Source: the human T2T-CHM13v2.0 reference genome, Homo sapiens
DNA: 64,000 nt
Reading direction: 5' to 3' (one strand)
NCBI RefSeq assembly: GCF_009914755.1
Contig: NC_060935.1
The notes under the pieces are model-generated. The model was not told where the DNA came from and did not search any database. It worked only from the letters and a program-made list of their open reading frames with translations. Shown piece by piece: positions 24,822 through 37,877 of the stretch. The position numbers were made by a program, and so were the translations under genes. Numbering within the stretch: the first letter of the stretch is position 1; each line of letters begins with the position of its first letter.

Positions 24822-27800
24822 TTAAAGAAGTTGTGGTAAGGGGAGTCAAGAAAAAGCCTTTTGATTTTGCTGTAGGATGGGGAGGCTCAAGGGTGTCTGT
24901 CAAGTGAGAGCAGTAGTCTGAAGAAAGTGACAAGTTATAAATAAATAAGATAGAGATAAATGGCATTAAAATCGGGTATACTCAGAAAAATAGGTAAGAC
25001 ACCTTCTCTGAAAAAGGAAAAAATGAGTAATAAATAAAGGATGGATGCTACTTCAGGCAAATCTGAACATGAAGAAAGACAGAAGCTAACATCCAATCCA
25101 CCACCAACCCCACCCCACCTTCCCTCCCTCACTCACTAGAAGAATGGGGGTGAGAGAGAAGAAAATGGGTGAGAAGGTGGCAAAGCCACAGAAGCACTGC
25201 TAAGTCTTTCATACATGGTTTCTTAATAAATCATCAACACAGCAACAAAGACTAGTAGCCATCAGCAGGGATGCACTGGAACAAGTACTTATCCACCCAG
25301 CTATTTATGGTCCCAATTAGGCATGGACTGGAAAAGATAAAGTCAACGGTTGAGAAAAGTGGTAAGCACTCTCCCCTATGGCTAGCCCCTCTTACAGTTA
25401 TTAGCCCTGGGATACTGTACCATCCCTTGTTGGTTTCCTTAAACCCTATCCATATCTTTGTAAATATGGTCCCTTTATTAAACTCTTCCCAAACCCAGCT
25501 TGAGCTATCTGCCACCTGCAAAGAGCCTCATTGAAAAAAGAGTATTAATGTTTATGGAACATTTTTCTCAATCGTATCTCATTTTAAAGACTGAAAACAA
25601 AGACAATCAAACAAGAATAATACAGAGTAGTAGGTAAAGTCTGAACTCTGGAGTCCCTCAATGGTTTGAATCCCAGTCCACCATTCCCCAGCTGTGTGAC
25701 TTTAAATAAATCATTTCACATATCTGAGCCTCAGCTTCCTCATCTATAAATTCCTGATGAAATAAGTATTGCTAGTTTTAAAAATTAAGTCACATAACAA
25801 CCTATGTAGCATTCCAACCATAAAGAAGGTACTCTGTAAATTACATGTCCCTTTCCTGCTTCCTTCTCCTGATCCTATTTGACCCAAGTGCCCATATCTC
25901 TGACTGAGAAAAGAGATATAACCTGCTCTGATGTGTCCATCCTTATCGCCTCCCATGCATACCTCAGTCAGCTGAAGAAAGGCCAAGCATTCAGTCTCAG
26001 TAAGGTCTTAACATGTCCAAAACTAAACTGCCTCCAGCTTCTGGAATTTAATTTCAAACATTAACTGCTCCTACCTTGCAGTATACCTGAGGTGCCCATT
26101 ATTGCTCCACCACTTGACCAACAAAGGGTACTGCTCATGGAACCAAGGAAGATTAGCCTCCAGGACCCTTCCTCACCCACCTGCCCACCGCAGTTCTACA
26201 ATCCCATTTCAAAGACCTCAAGAGAAGATGTTGGAATCAGCATCTCAGATTCCAAAAGCCAATACTTAAACTGGGCCCTGTTCACATACAACAAAAGCAT
26301 AAAAGAAAGCTATAGTTTGGTATTCCTATCACCTAATTAGGCTCTCTGCAATGTTCAGAACAAGACAAAGAAAAGGTTAAAATCACCACCCTCTCATGGT
26401 GTCCTTTCCTCCCATAGCAAAGTCCAAAAAAAAAAAAAAAAAGCAGAACCTGCCACTCTCCAGATTTACCTTCAGGCTCAGCCACAGAGTAAAAAGGGGA
26501 ACGAGCTGATCTCTCAGACCCAAAATGGCCAAGATCAGGCACTCACCTTATAGCCCAAAATACAGCCTTACAGCCACACACAGCAAGGGTGACAACCAAC
26601 CTCGGAACTGCAGATACAGGGCAGGAAGTGGCTCAGCCTCACTTATGAACCTTTGCCCTGGGAGAGGCAAAGAGGAGGGAGCTGGGGGAAGGGATATACC
26701 TGCAACACCTACATTGGACAGAGAGACCAAAATGATCTTCCAAGAACAGGTCAGTAAAATTCTGTGGTGTCTCTCTCCTTACAGTGGCTCTTCCTAGGCA
26801 AGAAGACTAATTACTGACATAAGGAGGATGAATGGGCTGTTACCCTAAATACTGGAAGTTGAATGACCTGATTAAAATCTCATAGAAATACAAAGGGAAA
26901 AACCAACCAACCAAAAACACCACCTACTAGGAATTTATACTAGAGCTCAGCTTACACATTTCTTCCCTGCTTTTCCATCCCTCAGACAAATGGGATGTCA
27001 GGGTATGGTCCCAACTCATTCCCTTCCCTCCCCGCAATATCACTTCTGCTTCTTGCAGGGATCTCCTCATCTGACTCCAGCGGGGTCCATCCAATTCACA
27101 AAAGTGAACCTCTATTCTACAGTGACTCCTCTTTACAGCAATGAATCCTCATGTCACACACAGTTATCTCTACCTTGACAGAGATGTCAAAAAGGAGGTG
27201 AAACTGAACTAGATCCTAAAGGATAAGGAAAGTTCACTGGGCAGAGAAGAAAAGGCATTCCTAGTAGAGGAAGCAGCTATTACAAAGATTTCAAGGCTCA
27301 AAAAAGCAGCATGGTTTTAGGGAACTGTGAACAATTTATTCAAACTAGAATACAGACTAGGGAGTGGCACACGAGACTGGAGAGGTAAGCTGAAGCTAAA
27401 TGATGCCATATTAAGAAATTTGGATGTTGTCCTACAGGACACAAAGAGCCAAAAGTTTTTAAGCCAAGGAGTTCGGAGATCAGATGTGTATTTTCAGAAA
27501 AATCATTCTAGGGATGGACCAGAAAATAGCAAGTTTTAAGACAAAAAATTGTTTTAAAAAAATCATATGAGGTGAGGGGGAGCTAAACTAAAGCTTTGAC
27601 AGTGAAGATGTAGCAATGGAGATATAGAGAAGAGAGATAACACAGAGCGAAATGTATTAAGATTCTAGCAAATGATTGAATGCAGGGAGTAAAAGAGCAG
27701 AAAGTATGAAAGATGACAATGTAGTCCTTGCCTGGAGTGAGATAGGGGATATGAGGGCAAAGTCGGGCTTTTGGGGCAAAGACTATGAATTCTGTTTTGG

Positions 27801-27917
27801 ACATGTTAATTTTGAGATACTTGTGGAGATACACAGATCAATAAACATGTATACTTGGAATACAGGGAAAGATGACACTAGATACAAAGGAGTAATCAAC
27901 TCATTATGATATATTTT

Positions 27918-28251
27918 CTTTTTTTTTTTTTTTTTTTTCTTGAGGTGGGGCCTCTGTCACCCAGGCTGAAGTGCAGTGGTGTGACCTCATCTCACTGCAA
28001 CCTCTGCCTCCCAGGCTCAAGCAATCCTCCCACCTCAGCCTCCGGAGTAGCCAGGACCACAAGTATGTGCAACCACACCTGGCTAATTTTTGGTGGGTTT
28101 TTTTGGTGGTGGTTTTATTGTCGTTGTTGTTGTTGTTTTGGTAGAGGCAGGGTTTCAAAATGTTGCCCAGGTTGGTCTCAAACTCCTGAAGTCAAGCGAT
28201 CTGCCTGCCTCAGCCTCCCAAAATGCTAGGCGTGAGCCACTACGCCCAGCC
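27918..28251 (-). mobile_element. Alu (AluJ-type), antisense
   Basis: Poly(T), diverged body, TSD attatgatatatttt. Confidence 0.92.
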
Positions 28252-30899
28252 TATTATGATATATTTTCACATTTCACATTATCTCTCTAAATTGAAATTA
28301 TGTTTTCATGTGTCTCTCTCTCCCTACTAGACTGAAAATCCCTTGAGAGCTCGGATGACCATGTTTTATTCATGTTGTTATCCCATAAAATGTGAGCATC
28401 ACAAGCACAGACTATATGTTGAAGAAGTATTTGTTGAATGAATAAACGAATTCATTCTCCTAGCACTTAGTAGAGTGCCTGGCACAGAGCAGATATGGAA
28501 TAAATGATTAACACAGTACCCTAAACATGTTTCTATCTCTACATCATCATCCTCATGTATGTTTCATCCTCTCAGAACTACCACTCACTATATGATACAA
28601 ATCAAAATCCATTATACTTAATGCACTACTATTTCAACAGAGTTTGGGATAGCAAACAATAAGCTTACCAAATCCAGTGCTTTCTCCATTATAACAAGGA
28701 TTTAGACAGTCCCTAAGAACCATCTAATATTTGATTTGATTCATCCTATCACTATCATGATATGATCCACTATCAAGATGTGATCCAGGTATTATATATA
28801 CCTGTTCCAATGTCACTGCGACAGCATTAAACATAACCTTCATCCCTATGTCACTCTCACAGTCCCTTTTCTGTCTTTTGGAAATAGAACAATTACAAAT
28901 CATTAAAAAATCCTCCCACATCACCTTCAGTGTCTATTATAAATCTTCTTTCCCAAAGTCTCTCTCACTCTGAGACAAAATTCTGGGTTCAGCCTTGCCA
29001 CTGTATCCCTGTATGATCTCTGGCTACTGAATTTAATTTCTCATCTATAAAATGAAAGTTCCTGTCTTTGTCTACAAGGTATCTATATAAATCAGTATAA
29101 TAAAATTTGAAATCCCTATGTAAAGCATGAATGCTGTTCAGATGTTAAGTTATACAGAATCATTGTATAAATGTATGCTTCCTCAACCTAATACAACAGC
29201 CACACCATCATCACTTTAAATTTCTGAAGTTCATAAAGCTATAGAAATAATTTTTAAAATTAAAAATTGGGTTGACACTTTTTATTTGGGTAAATTAGAT
29301 CTTTTTTTTTTTAACCCACCATCTACTGTTACCATTACTGCATCAACGAAAGAGCACTGCAACACCAAAAGAATAGGAATGATAATCTCTGAGAATAAAT
29401 TTATCTTCATGAATAACCATACTGTCTTTCTCTCCCTCCATCTTGGATAGATGATAATTTTATCATGTACAGGGTCCTTGGTCCAGTGTTTAGGAACCAC
29501 TACTCTAAACTCTGAACTGTAAGTTCTGACTGACTGGGCAAGTTGCCAAGTGTTCTACCAATATGGAGGCCTGTCTGGACTCCAGAAAGAAGCAATGAGA
29601 ATATACCACAGGATACAGGAGTTGGCTCTGAAGCTAAGACTCTGGAAAAGAATGGGGACTGAGGCTGTCTAATTCTCAGGAAATGGTCTCTCCCTGTCCA
29701 CTGTAGAGTTAAGGAAAGACTTAACTCTTTCTGAGTCTGGAAAGAATAGGATGTCCCAACCCCATGGCTGACTAGCAGTAGAGAGGAAAATTTAGTAGTG
29801 TGAAAGTGGCCATTATCACTGAATGCCAAACCAACTTTCCAGAATTTCACGTGCATTTGGGTTGGTGGGGAGAAGAGGACCTAAAAGAATGCTAGTAAGA
29901 TGAACCCAACTACAGGGTGTGGAGAGGAAGAGATAAATTTTCAGGTGGCTAAAATGTTCAGTATCTTGAGACTGATGATGATTTCACAGATGTGTACACA
30001 TGTCAAAACTCATCAAACACACATTTTAAATATAATATAAACTAGCTTTTTAAAAAATTCAACTGTAAGAAAGGAGAGTAAGGCCATCCTGTTTGGGATC
30101 CTAAATATAGTACTGTATAGGGCAAACCATATGACCTCCATAAAAGTAGAATTAGCAACTGAATATGGTCAATCCAATCAAAGACCCACAGTTAAGCACA
30201 GGTAAGGAGCAACAGTGGAATAAGGTTGTCCAGAAGCAAGTAGAGAGAAAACACAAGCTGTCACAGCGCAAAACCCTTCATGAGAGGGCCCATCTTCAAC
30301 TATGCAGTCCAGAGAAGGAACTCGAAGGAACTGAAGTTTCTGTGATTACTCTGTTGAAGTCTGAGCCTCAAATATGACTTTCATTACCATAGTACTATTG
30401 CCTATGACACCTTCATTTTCTCGTCCTCCAGAATATGGAAAGTCCATGGGAGCAGAGGAGTCAGGTGCACAACACTTCCATCTAAGCTGCCCTACTTTGT
30501 CTAAAACTATTGCTCTCACTGGACAGGGCAGTCCATCGAAGGAGGCCTCAGAACCAACCTCTCACCTTTATCCAAGTCTCACAAGCCCTAATTCCCTCCT
30601 CCCATGCCTCGCCTTCAACTCCCTCACCAATTTGCCGCCACCCCGCAGGCTCCCACCTGCGCCTTTTACTCTCTCTCTCCTCGCGCAGGCCTTACCCCTC
30701 ACTCTAGTCCCAGGGTATCCTTCACACCAGCCCTCAGTAGCCCCAGCCCTAGTAAACCGCGTTCAGGAGTCCCTTCAACTTGGCACCTCCGAAAGCACCC
30801 AGCCTCTCACAGCCCCTCATTTGTCCACTCACCTGTAAGCTCTCACCCTCCTTCCCTATCTTAGACACTCACACCCGGACCCTCACCACCTGCCAACCC

Positions 30900-31700
30900 C
30901 TCACAACCAGTACAGTAACCAAACCCGTCACCGTCTTTTCCCAGTCTCTCATCCCCACAAACGACTCTCCAGGCCCTCTGGCCCATGCGTACCGTTCACT
31001 CACGGAACGCCGAACCTGGCCGGGCCCGGTTGCTGCTGCGGTGTTAGGTGAGTTCAGGCCGCCGCCATCGCTTCTCAAGCGCACCAGCCGCGCCCCGCCC
31101 CGCGCCACACGCAGCCCGCGCCCCCGCGCACCACACGCAACCGCCCGGCGTCGCACGACTGGGCAATGGCGTGCCAGCTCATTGGCTGAGCCGGACCAAA
31201 CCCGAGCAAGGACGCTTGTTTCCTGGCAACGGCTAAACGCAAGGGCGGGGTCGCCGACGGCTATCCGAGGGAGGAGCACCGCCTCTCCTCTTGGTTCCGT
31301 CCCTTCGTACGTAAACCCCGCCCCTCAGAAGGACTCCGGCGTGTCATAGGCGAAGGCCTCTGGGAAGGTGGAGGCCGGCAGGGCGGAGGCGGAGCCCGGG
31401 AAGGAAAGGTGGAACCAGAGGGCAGAAGGCGGGACCTAAGGAGAGGCGATTTTTACAGGCAGGGAAAGATCAGAAGGGCGGGGCTTGGGAGAGATGGAGC
31501 CGGAAGAAAGACGAGCGAGAAAGGGGTGGGGCCATGGATTCCAGGAGACGCTTGGAGTGGAAGAGTGGGTGTGGAGGGGCGAGGCTATCACGAAAAGAGA
31601 GGAGGAATCAGTAGGTGGGCCGGGCCTGCGGAAAAGTGGAGCCCTAGAGAGGGCTGACTGCGGGCACTCTAGTTCATTTTGCTCCATCGTCGTGCATAGC
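30900..31700. promoter_or_regulatory. FHIP1B: CpG island promoter of FHIP1B (GC boxes, ATTGG 31181-31185, X-box 31218-31230)
   Basis: Dense CpG/GC-rich sequence upstream of FHIP1B intron 1; motifs visible. Confidence 0.85.
30993..31150 (-). other. FHIP1B: FHIP1B non-coding exon 1 (5' end approximate)
   Basis: Inside the CpG island; candidate donor AACG|gtacgc at 30993, alternatives TCC|gtgagt (~31004) and CAG|gtgagt (30833). Confidence 0.6.
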
Positions 31701-32067
31701 TTGGTCTCTACTTTAGTACCCCAGCGGTGACTGCCCCTGGCTCCCCCAACACCGCTGTGCTGTGCTGCTCCGTCACCCCTTGAGCACTTAGTCAAGGAAC
31801 ACGGAATAAGTGCCTGCATGCCCAGCTGGATTCCGGATCAATTAGAACCGGCCTCTGCTCTCCAGGACCTCAGAGAATTGCAGCGTAGTGTAATAAGTAC
31901 ATTACTACGGGGGCCACCTAGGAGCAGCACTTAGCATGATTTGCATGTATAGAGGATGAGAGGAAGGTACGGTGAAGGAGCTTAGGGAAGACTTCCGGGA
32001 GGTGACGGTGTCTAAGCCGAGTCTTGGGAAACAAGCAAGAGTAAGATAAACTAAAATAGAAAAATAG

Positions 32068-32458
<391 letters not shown>

Positions 32459-32979
32459 CTATAGTTATGTAAGATCATAACGTTAGGGGAAGATGGATAA
32501 GGAATTTATGAGAACTCTGTATTATTTTTCAACTTTTCTGTAAGCCTAAAATTAGTTCAAATAAAAAGTATTTAAAAAGAAATAGAAGTTTCAGACCAAA
32601 GGATCAGCATATACCAGGGAAAGGAAGAATGGACAGCATGTGGGAGGTGCTGTAAGAACTGCAATCAGTACAGTGTGTCGGGAGCCTAGGGAACATGTGA
32701 GGAAACATTGTGAGATGAGGCTGAAGACATGGACTGGAGAACTTTATAAACCATGTTAAGGAATTTAGATTTTATTTTTGGGATGATAGCTATAAAGAAT
32801 TTTATACATAGATTGATAGTTATACAGTAACTTTGCAAAAGACCAAACAAGCTGATAAGGCCCAAACTAGAGTAGCAAAAATGCAGAGAAGTGGACATGT
32901 GGATTTTTAGAAGGTAGATCACCATGGTTTGATGATTGGGTGGATATAAGAGGAAAATAAGAGGAAGAATTAAAAACTA

Positions 32980-33200
32980 ATGCTTAGTTTATATAAATTC
33001 AAAAACAGGTAAAACTAAACTGTGATATTAGAATTCAGGATAGTGATTATTCTTGGAAAAACATTGACTGAAAGGGGCAGAGTGGGGCTCCTGAGGCACT
33101 GGTGATGTTCTGTTTCTTGATCTGAGTGCTTGGTTATATGGGTGTGTTCACTTTGTGAAAATGTATTAAGCTATATACTTAAGGATTGTACACCTTTCTC
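32980..33200 (+). mobile_element. Old L1 (L1ME-like) 3' end fragment
   Basis: 'aaaaacaggtaaaactaaactgtg...gatgttctgtttcttgatctgagtg...gttcactttgtgaaaat'. Confidence 0.6.
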
Positions 33201-33207
33201 TGTGTTT

Positions 33208-33698
33208 GTTTGTTCTGGTTACTATGCTATGTGACAAACCAACCCAAACTTAGTGTCATAAAAACAATAGCCATTTTATTATGTGCACAAATTCTGGGAA
33301 TTTGGACGAGATGCAACAGGAATGGCTTGTCTCTATTCCATGATGTCTGGGGCCTTATTTGTAAAGCTTGAACATCTAGAGGTGGTTTGAGGCTGGTGGC
33401 TGGAAGCATCTGGAGGCTTCTTCAGTCACACATCTAATTCCTGGGCTGGGATAATGAAAAAGCTGAACTCATTGGGCAAACTGTCAAACAGAACTTCTCA
33501 CAATGTGATGGGTAGGTTCCAAGAGGGAACATTCTGAGAGGGAGCTACCAGACAACACGCATTCCAAGAGAACCAGAGGGAAGCTGCATGGCCTTTTATG
33601 ATCTAGCCTTAGAAGTCACACAACATCACTCCTGCTATACAAACTATCACAAGGGAGTGGTGTCGAAGAATTTGTGACCATTTTTTTTAACTGCCACA
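33208..33698 (-). mobile_element. MLT1-family (MaLR) LTR
   Basis: 'acaaaccaacccaaacttagtgtcataaaaacaatagccatttt...ggccttttatgatctagccttagaagtcacac...aactgccaca'. Confidence 0.7.
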
Positions 33699-35653
33699 AC
33701 ATTATACAGTAAATAGTAATAAATGCTTGTCATAGGTTTTTTTGCTGAAAGGGCATAGATAGGAATTCTAGAAGAAAAAGTGGAGGAAGATAATGAGCTT
33801 AGTTATAGACCCAATGGGTTGAAGGTGACCGCGGGATACCCAAGTAGGAACATCCAGTGAGCAGTTAGTCATATAGATAACTGAAACTCAGGGAGAGTTC
33901 TCGGGAGCCACTATATGAGAAAGGAAGTCCTGTGGGTGACTGACGTCAATCAGACAGAGTTAGGAGGATGGCAAAAGTAGAAAGCCTAGAACAGAATCCA
34001 AGAAAAAAAAAAACACCATCATAGAAGGAATAGACAGAGGAGCTTATGAAAGACACTAAAAAGAAACAGCAAACCAAGACATTATGGCATTACAAAGGAT
34101 TTTATTCATTTTGTTGCATTACTTTGAATGTTGTCTTTTTATTTTAACAAGCGTAATACTTTGCAAAAAGAAATTAAGAAGCCATGGGAAAAGAGAGTTT
34201 TTCAAAATTTAATTAGGGACCACAGGTTTTTCTTCTAAAACACACTCCAAAAACACAAACCTGATTTTATCACTGAACTGTGAAAAACTCTTCACAGGTT
34301 CTCTATTGCCGTTGGGTAAAATCCAAGCTTTATAACATGGCTGACAGAACTCCTCCTGAGCTGGCCTCTGTCTATCATTCAACCTCATCTCTCACCACTA
34401 CCCGCTAGGCCCTCTAAAATAAGCCAATTGATATTTGCCCAGTCACCCACGCTTTTTGATATCTCTATGCCTTTGCCCACTCTGTGCATTCTGCCTCTAG
34501 TGCTCTTCACCCTCCCATCTCTGTACCCAACTCCTATTCATCCTGCAGAACCCAGGCTCTGTAGGGCCACTTCATGTGTACTATAATAGCCTTCCGTGTA
34601 TCCAGCTAACAGAGTACTCATCAGCAGCCTGGCAATGACTGCTGCTGTTTAGTTACCTCATGTGTAATTACCTGCTGGCCTGACTATTTCACCTAGCAGA
34701 CTGTGAGCTTCTGGAGAGGGGGGAGCGTGTCTTATTCATCTCCAATTCCTAGTATTTAGCACAATATTGGCCTGGCACACAGAACACCTGCCTATGGGTG
34801 TTCTGATTTTGATTTGTTGACTGAGAAAGATGATAGCAGTGAAAGGAACATCAGGTTGAGGGAGAAATTGTAGGGTTTTTGTTTGTTTTGATATAGGAGA
34901 TATTGAAGCAGGTTCACAAAAAGAGAAAAGTTGAAAGATTGGGGACCATAAAACACATGGAATGGTTGGTAGGATCAGGCACTAGAAGTCACAAGAAGGA
35001 TATGAGGACAAAAGCACCATAGGATGGCCCCTATCACACTACCTATGAGAAGGGTGTGATGGGGGAAGGCGTATGTGGAGGTAGATAAGGGTAGGAAGTA
35101 GGTTACAAAAATAGAGCTCACTTCTCATGTGAGAGGCATCTCTTTGTCCCTGGAGAATAGTTTAGCACCTGACATAGATAAGCCATTCAGTAATAGTTGT
35201 TAAATAAATAAATAGTGAGGCCCAAATAGAATTTGCAAAGATAAAACAGAGTGTTTGATCCTACACTAAAACTGAGGTCTTCTGACCCAGAGGACACCTA
35301 TGTAGCTCAGTTGCTGTGGAAAGAGGGGAGGAGGAAAACAGAGACAAGACTCAGGCTTCCCTCTGAGGCATGCACCCCCACCTTCTCCAGGGATCTCATT
35401 AGAGGTGTTTAGCTGGGCAGGTGTAAGCCCAGGCCCTGGGAGACAGGGCAGAGTGCTAGAGCTAGACTGTCTCCACCCCTTCAGTAGCGCTAGCTCTGGT
35501 TGTGTTGCTAAGAGCCCCAAAGACAAAGAAGTCACAGCAGAAGCCCAACAGCAGCCTCCTTCAGGCAGTCAGGCACTAGTGCCCAACTCCAGAAGTCCCC
35601 TACAGGCAGAGAGGGTGTGGACATCTCACACCCCAGCACCAGACCACAGAACC

Positions 35654-35715
35654 ATGAGCCAGGACACCAAAGTGAAGACAACAGAGTCCAGTCCCCCAGC
35701 CCCATCCAAGGCCAG
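35654..35715 (+). CDS. CNGA4: CNGA4 exon 1 (MSQDTKVKTTESSPPAPSKAR)
   Basis: accATGa start, CAG|gtgaga donor, 62 nt. Confidence 0.93.
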
Positions 35716-35830
35716 GTGAGAAGTCCTGGTCCCTTGTGTGGGATCTCTCCTCATTCCTCTTGGTGCCCCAGTCACAACTACAGCTTTGAATGCCTGGTGA
35801 ATAAATGAAGCAAGACTTTCTTTCTTACAG

Positions 35831-35932
35831 GAAGTTGCTGCCTGTCCTGGACCCATCTGGGGATTACTACTACTGGTGGCTGAACACAATGGTCTTCCCA
35901 GTCATGTATAACCTCATCATCCTCGTGTGCAG
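35831..35932 (+). CDS. CNGA4: CNGA4 exon 2 ([17 protein letters not shown]...LVCR), S1
   Basis: tttcttacag| acceptor, CAG|gtatgg donor, 102 nt. Confidence 0.95.
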
Positions 35933-36130
35933 GTATGGCAGCGGTGCTAAGGGAGGGGCTGGAAGCCAAAAAGAGGACTAAAGAGAGGTCAAGGAGAAGG
36001 GCAGACCCTTGGTGGGGCAGGAGGAGCAATTCCCATGGGAGGGCCTGAGGCAGAGGGTTAAGGGCCCTGGGGAGACGCCTCGCACACAGAGGGTGCCCTT
36101 AATTCAATCATGCTTAACCCTGCCCTGCAG

Positions 36131-36237
36131 AGCCTGCTTCCCCGACTTGCAGCACGGTTATCTGGTGGCCTGGTTGGTGCTGGACTACACGAGTGACCTG
36201 CTATACCTACTAGACATGGTGGTGCGCTTCCACACAG
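36131..36237 (+). CDS. CNGA4: CNGA4 exon 3 ([19 protein letters not shown]...RFHTG), S2
   Basis: ctgcag| acceptor, CAG|gtcagt donor, 107 nt. Confidence 0.95.
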
Positions 36238-36512
36238 GTCAGTGGGCTTCTAGGAATGACCCTTTGTCCCACATTCCCTTCCTAAAGATAGCCACTTAAG
36301 AAGTAACAAGAAAGGCACCCCCACCGTGGTAGCACCTTCGCGTGCCTCTATGCCTGACAGCATCCCAGTGCTCACCCCGGAAAGCCGGGAGCAGAGTTAT
36401 GCCTGGCTCCACTCTGTCCTTCAGACAGTCTCCCTGGCCTGCCCTGGGCAGCTCATGCTCAGCCCAAGCTTGACTACAGCAGGTCCGCTTCCTACCGGCT
36501 CCCTCTCCCCAG

Positions 36513-37158
36513 GATTCTTGGAACAGGGCATCCTGGTGGTGGACAAGGGTAGGATCTCGAGTCGCTACGTTCGCACCTGGAGTTTCTTCTTGGACCTGGC
36601 TTCCCTGATGCCCACAGATGTGGTCTACGTGCGGCTGGGCCCGCACACACCCACCCTGAGGCTGAACCGCTTTCTCCGCGCGCCCCGCCTCTTCGAGGCC
36701 TTCGACCGCACAGAGACCCGCACAGCTTACCCAAATGCCTTTCGCATTGCCAAGCTGATGCTTTACATTTTTGTCGTCATCCATTGGAACAGCTGCCTAT
36801 ACTTTGCCCTATCCCGGTACCTGGGCTTCGGGCGTGACGCATGGGTGTACCCGGACCCCGCGCAGCCTGGCTTTGAGCGCCTGCGGCGCCAGTACCTCTA
36901 TAGCTTTTACTTCTCCACGCTGATACTGACTACAGTGGGCGATACACCGCCGCCAGCCAGGGAAGAAGAGTACCTCTTCATGGTGGGCGACTTCCTGCTG
37001 GCCGTCATGGGTTTCGCCACCATCATGGGTAGCATGAGCTCTGTCATCTACAACATGAACACTGCAGATGCGGCTTTCTACCCAGATCATGCACTGGTGA
37101 AGAAGTACATGAAGCTGCAGCACGTCAACCGCAAGCTGGAGCGGCGAGTTATTGACTG
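36513..37158 (+). CDS. CNGA4: CNGA4 exon 4: S3-S6, pore (TTVGDTPPP), C-linker with [11 protein letters not shown] calmodulin LQ site
   Basis: ctccccag| acceptor, TG|gtgaga donor, 646 nt; S4 RLNRFLR and CNG pore motif. Confidence 0.97.
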
Positions 37159-37877
37159 GTGAGAAGGCGGGGTTCCAGACCAGGACAGGGACCAGTGTAG
37201 GTGATGGAACCTGAGGGAGGTAACTGGGTCCTTAGTGCCTGGTGAGCCAGGCAAGGCTGTCAAAATGTAGCATTCAGCCGTGGGTTTGCTGGCTGGGGCT
37301 TGGAAAAAGGGAACTTCTTTCAACTGAGGGAATCAGGACTTGGGGGAGGGGTAGGTAAGAGACTGATAGGGAGAGGAGCTCATACTCAAAAAAGGATAAT
37401 ATGGAGACCAGGGAATGGGAAGTGCCACTGCCTGGTAGGGCTCAGAAGGCTCTGGAAGGAGTGGGTGAAGAAGGGCAATCCCCCCTGAGAATGGTCAGCA
37501 ACAAGATCATTGGCTACCTATGGTGATTCATACTGTGGACTGAACAAAAGGAAGTGTCACAAAGTTGGGGAAGTAGAGCAGAGGGTCCCCAGAGAGGAGG
37601 GGCCCTTGGTGGCTGAGGTAGCTAAGGGTAGGGGTGGAACAAGACATCACTGATTGGTGGGTAGGGTAGAGCCTGATAGGAGGTGAAGGGTTATGTAAAG
37701 TGGTAGAGGTGTCTATGCCCTGGAAAACAGGTAATCCAACTGTCAGGTACTCCCATGACCCCTGTTAGATCTCAGTATGGTGGGATTCTTGGCTGGAGCT
37801 GAGCTGAGCCCTGAAGGAAGGGATGGAGGCAGGCACATAAAGGGCTGGTAAGGAAATGGCACTGTCCTTACTCTCAG

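Noticed and set aside
30374-31819. Long ORFs across the FHIP1B CpG island
   Set aside because: Low stop-codon density in GC-rich DNA; low-complexity Pro/Arg/Ala products
36326-36512. In-frame ORF extension upstream of CNGA4 exon 4
   Set aside because: Intronic; the canonical acceptor at 36512 gives the correct 575-aa channel, and the extension has no channel-like sequence
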